A stretch of DNA of 64,000 bases from Octopus bimaculoides. Lineage: Eukaryota. Positions within the stretch are counted from its first letter, which is position 1, and every line of letters begins with the position of its first letter. The translations under genes and the position numbers were made by a program. The notes beneath the pieces were generated by a model, which worked only from the letters and a program-made list of their open reading frames with translations, made no database searches and was not told the DNA's origin. Of the stretch, positions 59,766 through 64,000 are shown one piece after another. Location: the NCBI RefSeq assembly GCF_001194135.2, contig NC_068994.1, positions 45,012,260 to 45,076,259 of the forward strand, in the 5' to 3' direction.

Positions 59766-60824
59766 ATAGAACAGGCATGGGTAACCTTTTTCAAGAAGTG
59801 AGCTGCATGAGACATGGCTCATCATCAGATGAACCACATCATCATCATCATCGTTTAACGTCCGCTTTGACTGAGGACTGGCAAGCCAGAAGGCTGCACC
59901 AGGCTCCAATCTGATCTGGCAGTTTCTACAGCTGGATGCCCTACTACTAAGAAAACTGAAAGAACTATTTTGTAAGGCATTGCCATTTAGAAATCCGCCG
60001 CAAGCTGCGCATGAAAAGCATAGAGACTTCACTTATTACAGTCTATCTTGGCATTAAAGTTTAGTCCCCAAGTCATTGCTGATCCAGTGGACCTGATCAA
60101 CATTATTCCAGCTGAGCCCATTCTGTCCAGGTCTAAATTATTCAATGTGCTCTTCCTTCTTTCTAAGATAGTAAGGTGTGATTTGAAAGAAATTTGGCAA
60201 CGGGTTCTGTCAGGTGGGCAGAGGTTTCAGTAGTGTAATAATTTGCATGTAGGTCAATGTTTTAATTCTTTGACTTCAAGTTAGCTCCGAATAAGCAAGA
60301 TTAAAAGCATTCCAACAATGGCCATTTCATCTTTATATCAGGCAGTATAGCAAGGACTATGTTATCCAATGTATCCCTTTTTAAAACAAAAAATTGTACA
60401 ATATGATAAGAGACATTTGGCCATTATTTTTAGCGAGTCTTGCAATTTCAAACAGGCTCCATGATTGCTTCATAAAGGTCTGCTTTGATCAAAGGGGTTC
60501 CAACTCAGACCAGTTCATTTATTTTTAATAACCACAATATATCTAAGATTACAATATTGGACATGTACTTCTATTTTCTAAGATAGTAGGATTAATTTGA
60601 GGGAGATTTGGATCCAAGCAGCTCAAGTGACCATCCCATACTGCTGTCTTCTATCTATTCTAATGTTTCACATATTCCATAGTTTTTCCATATAACAATA
60701 TTGCTTATTTTGTTGTTGTGGTTTGTTCTTTTATAAAGGAGAATGTTTTACGATGAAAGTAAACAAACATTTGTTCTTTTTTAGAAGTGTTGAGATGTAT
60801 TGTAAGAAACAGAATTAAATTTAT

Positions 60825-60981
60825 TTCTCAAACGCGTGATAATGCTATAAATAGCGTGATCAGGATAAATTATCCATATAATGCAGAAAAATACGTTACC
60901 GGCCAGCCGGCCAATTTTTCTGCATTATATGGATAATTTATCCTGACCACGCTATTTATAGCATTATCACGCGTTTGAGAA
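60825..60981. repeat. Near-perfect palindrome, about 68-bp arms, 21-nt GC-rich loop
   Basis: TTCTCAAACGCGTGATAATGC..GCAGAAAAAT / ATTTTTCTGC..GCATTATCACGCGTTTGAGAA with one mismatch. Confidence 0.92.
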
Positions 60982-60999
60982 TGTTTTGTTACAGACATC

Positions 61000-61257
61000 A
61001 GAATGGTACTTGTATAAGATCTCAGTTCTGACTGAGCATATCTATGATGAAAATCATTACGACCTTGAGCATTTTTCTCTCAAAACACTTAAACTCTGTC
61101 GTACATGCACACTGATATTGCACATCCAGCAAAGCATACTAGCTTCATTTCTTTCAAGTCTTCACATGTCCTCTGCAATCACAGCCCAGGTTTCACTGCT
61201 GTATAGCATGACTGTTTGCACACAGGCATCATACAATCTTCTTTTCACTCTGAGAAG
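61000..61257 (-). mobile_element. RTE LINE 3' ORF fragment
   Basis: LRVKRRLYDACVQTVMLYSSETWAVIAEDM*RLERNEASMLCWMCNISV. Confidence 0.75.
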
Positions 61258-61375
61258 NNNNNNNNNNNNNNNNNNNNNNNNNNNNNNNNNNNNNNNNNNN
61301 NNNNNNNNNNNNNNNNNNNNNNNNNNNNNNNNNNNNNNNNNNNNNNNNTATATATATATATATATATATATGTAT

Positions 61376-61745
61376 ATAGGTGCAGGCATGGCTGTGTGGT
61401 ACCTTCGACAAGTGTCTTCTACTATAGCCTCGGGCTGACCAAAGCCTTGTCAGTGGATTTGGTAGACGGAAGCTGAAAGAAGCATGTCATGTATATATGT
61501 ATGTGTGTGTGTGTGTGTGTGTATATATGTTTGTGTGTCTGTGTTTGTCCCCCTACTATTGCTTGACAACCAACGTTGGTGTGTCTATGCCCCCGTAACA
61601 TAGCGGTTCGGCCAAAGAGACCGATAGAATAAGTACTAAGCTTACAAAGAATAAGTCCTGGGGTCAGTTTGTTCGACTAAAGATGGTGCTCCAGCATGGC
61701 TGCAGTCAAATGACTGTAACAAATAAAAGAATGAAAGAAAGAATA
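61376..61745 (+). mobile_element. Family-B SINE
   Basis: GGTGCAGGCATGGCTGTGTGG..CAAGTGTCTTCTACTATAGCCTCGGGC..GAATAAGTACT..AAATGACTG. Confidence 0.8.
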
Positions 61746-62130
61746 CAAACACCCACACACATACAAATCTGTGATTGTGAATGTGTATGTGTGAGTGCGT
61801 TTAGGTTAATGCCTCATAAAATTGGTGATGCCGTTGAAGTAGAGTAATGTAGTAGTTCAACAAACACACATTGATAAATTAAATACCAAACTTTAAAATA
61901 ATCACTGGGGTGACTATACTTGGCTAAACCCTTGAGGGCAGTGCTTCATCGTGACCGTGTTCCAGTAAGTGGTAAAGGACGAAACGAACACCATACTTAA
62001 TTAAATTTATTTCTGTAATTGTAATTGCAAACAATTAAGTTATGCTATTTACAAACATGCTTGACATGGTTGTGTCTTTGGTTACACCCCGATTCCCACT
62101 GAACCTTTACATCTGTATTTATATTTATAC

Positions 62131-62476
62131 GTGGAGGCGCAATGGCCCAGTGGTTAGGGCAGTGGACTCGCGGTCATAGGATCACGGTTTCGATTCCCAG
62201 ACAGGGCGTTGTGAGTGTTTATTGAGCGAAAACACTTAAAAGCTCCACGAGGCTCCGGTAGGGGATGGTGGCGAACCCTGCTGTACTCTTTCACCACAAC
62301 TTTCTCTCATTCTTACTTCCTGTTTCTGTTGTGCCTGTAATTCAAAGGGTCAGCCTTGTCACACACTATGTCACGCTGAATATCCCCGAGAACTACGTTA
62401 AGGATACACGTGTCTGTGGAGTGCTCAGCCACTTGCACGTTAATTTCACGAGCAGGCTGTTCCGTTGATCGGATCA
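62131..62476 (+). mobile_element. Family-C SINE (cut by N-gap)
   Basis: GTGGAGGCGCAATGGCCCAGTGGTTAGGGCAG..GGTTTCGATTCCCAG; matches 51183-51577. Confidence 0.85.
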
Positions 62477-63359
62477 NNNNNNNNNNNNNNNNNNNNNNNN
62501 NNNNNNNNNNNNNNNNNNNNNNNNNNNNNNNNNNNNNNNNNNNNNNNNNNNNNNNNNNNNNNNNNNNNNNNNNNNNNNNNNNNNNNNNNNNNNNNNNNNN
62601 NNNNNNNNNNNNNNNNNNNNNNNNNNNNNNNNNNNNNNNNNNNNNNNNNNNNNNNNNNNNNNNNNNNNNNNNNNNNNNNNNNNNNNNNNNNNNNNNNNNN
62701 NNNNNNNNNNNNNNNNNNNNNNNNNNNNNNNNNNNNNNNNNNNNNNNNNNNNNNNNNNNNNNNNNNNNNNNNNNNNNNNNNNNNNNNNNNNNNNNNNNNN
62801 NNNNNNNNNNNNNNNNNNNNNNNNNNNNNNNNNNNNNNNNNNNNNNNNNNNNNNNNNNNNNNNNNNNNNNNNNNCACCACCACCACCACCACTACTACTA
62901 CCTGTTTACTTTTTACTTTATTTAAATTACTTCCTTTAATGTTATGCAAAAGATGGATGGATAGGTAAGAATGTACTACTGTATAAGTATATAGATTTGG
63001 TGCATCTCCAGTTTCTGTCTGATAAAATAACAATTAGAAATAGCAGCCAAATCTTCAAATCATATGGAAAAAAAAAAGGAAGGAAAGGGAGGGAGAATAC
63101 ACTGGATGAATGTACCCTGAAGTTACCATATTTAAATAAAAACAAGATCATAGGTCTGTCTAATTTGGGTTGCCCTAGGGTTAAGCAATACCTGGTATAA
63201 AACCTGCAAGAAATAGCAGCCAATGCTTTTCAAATGGCTACCTTTCCTACCATTTTGAAAAGGGGAGAGACATATTGGATGTCATTCTAGATATGGACTG
63301 TTCAAGAATGGGATGGATTGGCCTGGAGATAAACAACAACTAGAATAAACAGACAATTG

Positions 63360-63900
63360 TCAAGGAATTAGAGAAGAAATTCCAAATATGGAAGCAAAGC
63401 CTGAAATCACGAGGCCTCAAAACAAGGCTTCAAATAGGGCACATTCAGGAAGAAAAGATTTTAGTGCATTAAAGCTTATGGGAAGCCTAACTTTTCATAT
63501 AAGACCCAGGGTGATTTTTTTAAAGACATTTCTTTTAAAAGTGCATCTTATGTGTCATTAAGTACAGTATGCTATGGGTGCACAAGAGGTTCAGTAGAAT
63601 CACAGGTAAGCTGACAGAGAAAGATTTTGTAGGTGCCAGGTAAAGAAGAGTAATTAGTAGTTAGCACTAGAAACACCCATGTAATAAAATACTTCAAATG
63701 TTCCACAGGTATCCTAGAAGAAATCGATAGCTTCTGTTACCAAGGTAACTTAATTAGCAGTGAAGGAGGGTATTCTGAAAGCAAAATTACTCAAAGTAAG
63801 AACAGAACGAGGAAAAAAATCAGGGAGCTTTTACCTCTGCAGGTAACACGAGGATATTTGTCAAGTGAAAGGCGGATTGTCATAAAAATGAAAATGCCAC
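63360..63900 (+). mobile_element. RTE LINE RT/C-terminal fragment
   Basis: ELEKKFQIWKQSLKSRGLK..LWVHKRFSRITGKLTEKDF..LEEIDSFCYQGNLISSEGG..RELLPL. Confidence 0.7.
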
Positions 63901-64000
63901 AGCCATCACTCGCAAGCAAGTATGATTTAGTAATTGTTTTAGGTTTTTAGATTTGGTAATTTGCTTTTGCTAATTGTTTTAGGTTCCTAACTACAGTTAG

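Noticed and set aside
63090-63215. RQTYDLVFI on minus strand as RPP30 exon 5
   Set aside because: There is an in-frame stop immediately after it and no suitable donor.

Overview
This is AT-rich, microsatellite- and retroposon-rich eukaryotic DNA with many N-gaps. The SINE families and the intron/microsatellite style suggest an octopod cephalopod (inference). Three conserved RNA-metabolism genes were reconstructed exon by exon. (1) FAM98 (minus strand) has one large coding exon at 16518-15332, interrupted by a mis-sized 48-N gap, plus a spliced Gln/His-rich exon at 10843-10734 that the ORF track misses. (2) eIF3a (plus strand) is complete: 22 coding exons at 17489-44257, 3789 nt, 1262 aa, all phases consistent. 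It lies head-to-head with FAM98 across a CpG-rich promoter of about 1 kb. (3) RPP30 (minus strand) has six 3' coding exons at 55896-49151; its 5' exons were not found. Accessory observations: an antisense, intronless 180-aa single-pass membrane ORF (58653-59195), probably nested in an RPP30 intron; two Penelope-type hammerhead ribozymes antisense in eIF3a introns, one with an intact core; a head-to-tail array of about 20 same-orientation SINEs joined by (ATT)n at 5.8-10.1 kb; foldback palindromes; a repeated hairpin plus H-type pseudoknot module in a retroposon tail; and remnants of Tc1/mariner, maT, Chapaev-like, piggyBac-like MITE and RTE elements. No CRISPR, rRNA or bona fide tRNA gene was seen. 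All family assignments are from recalled sequence similarity; no database search was run.
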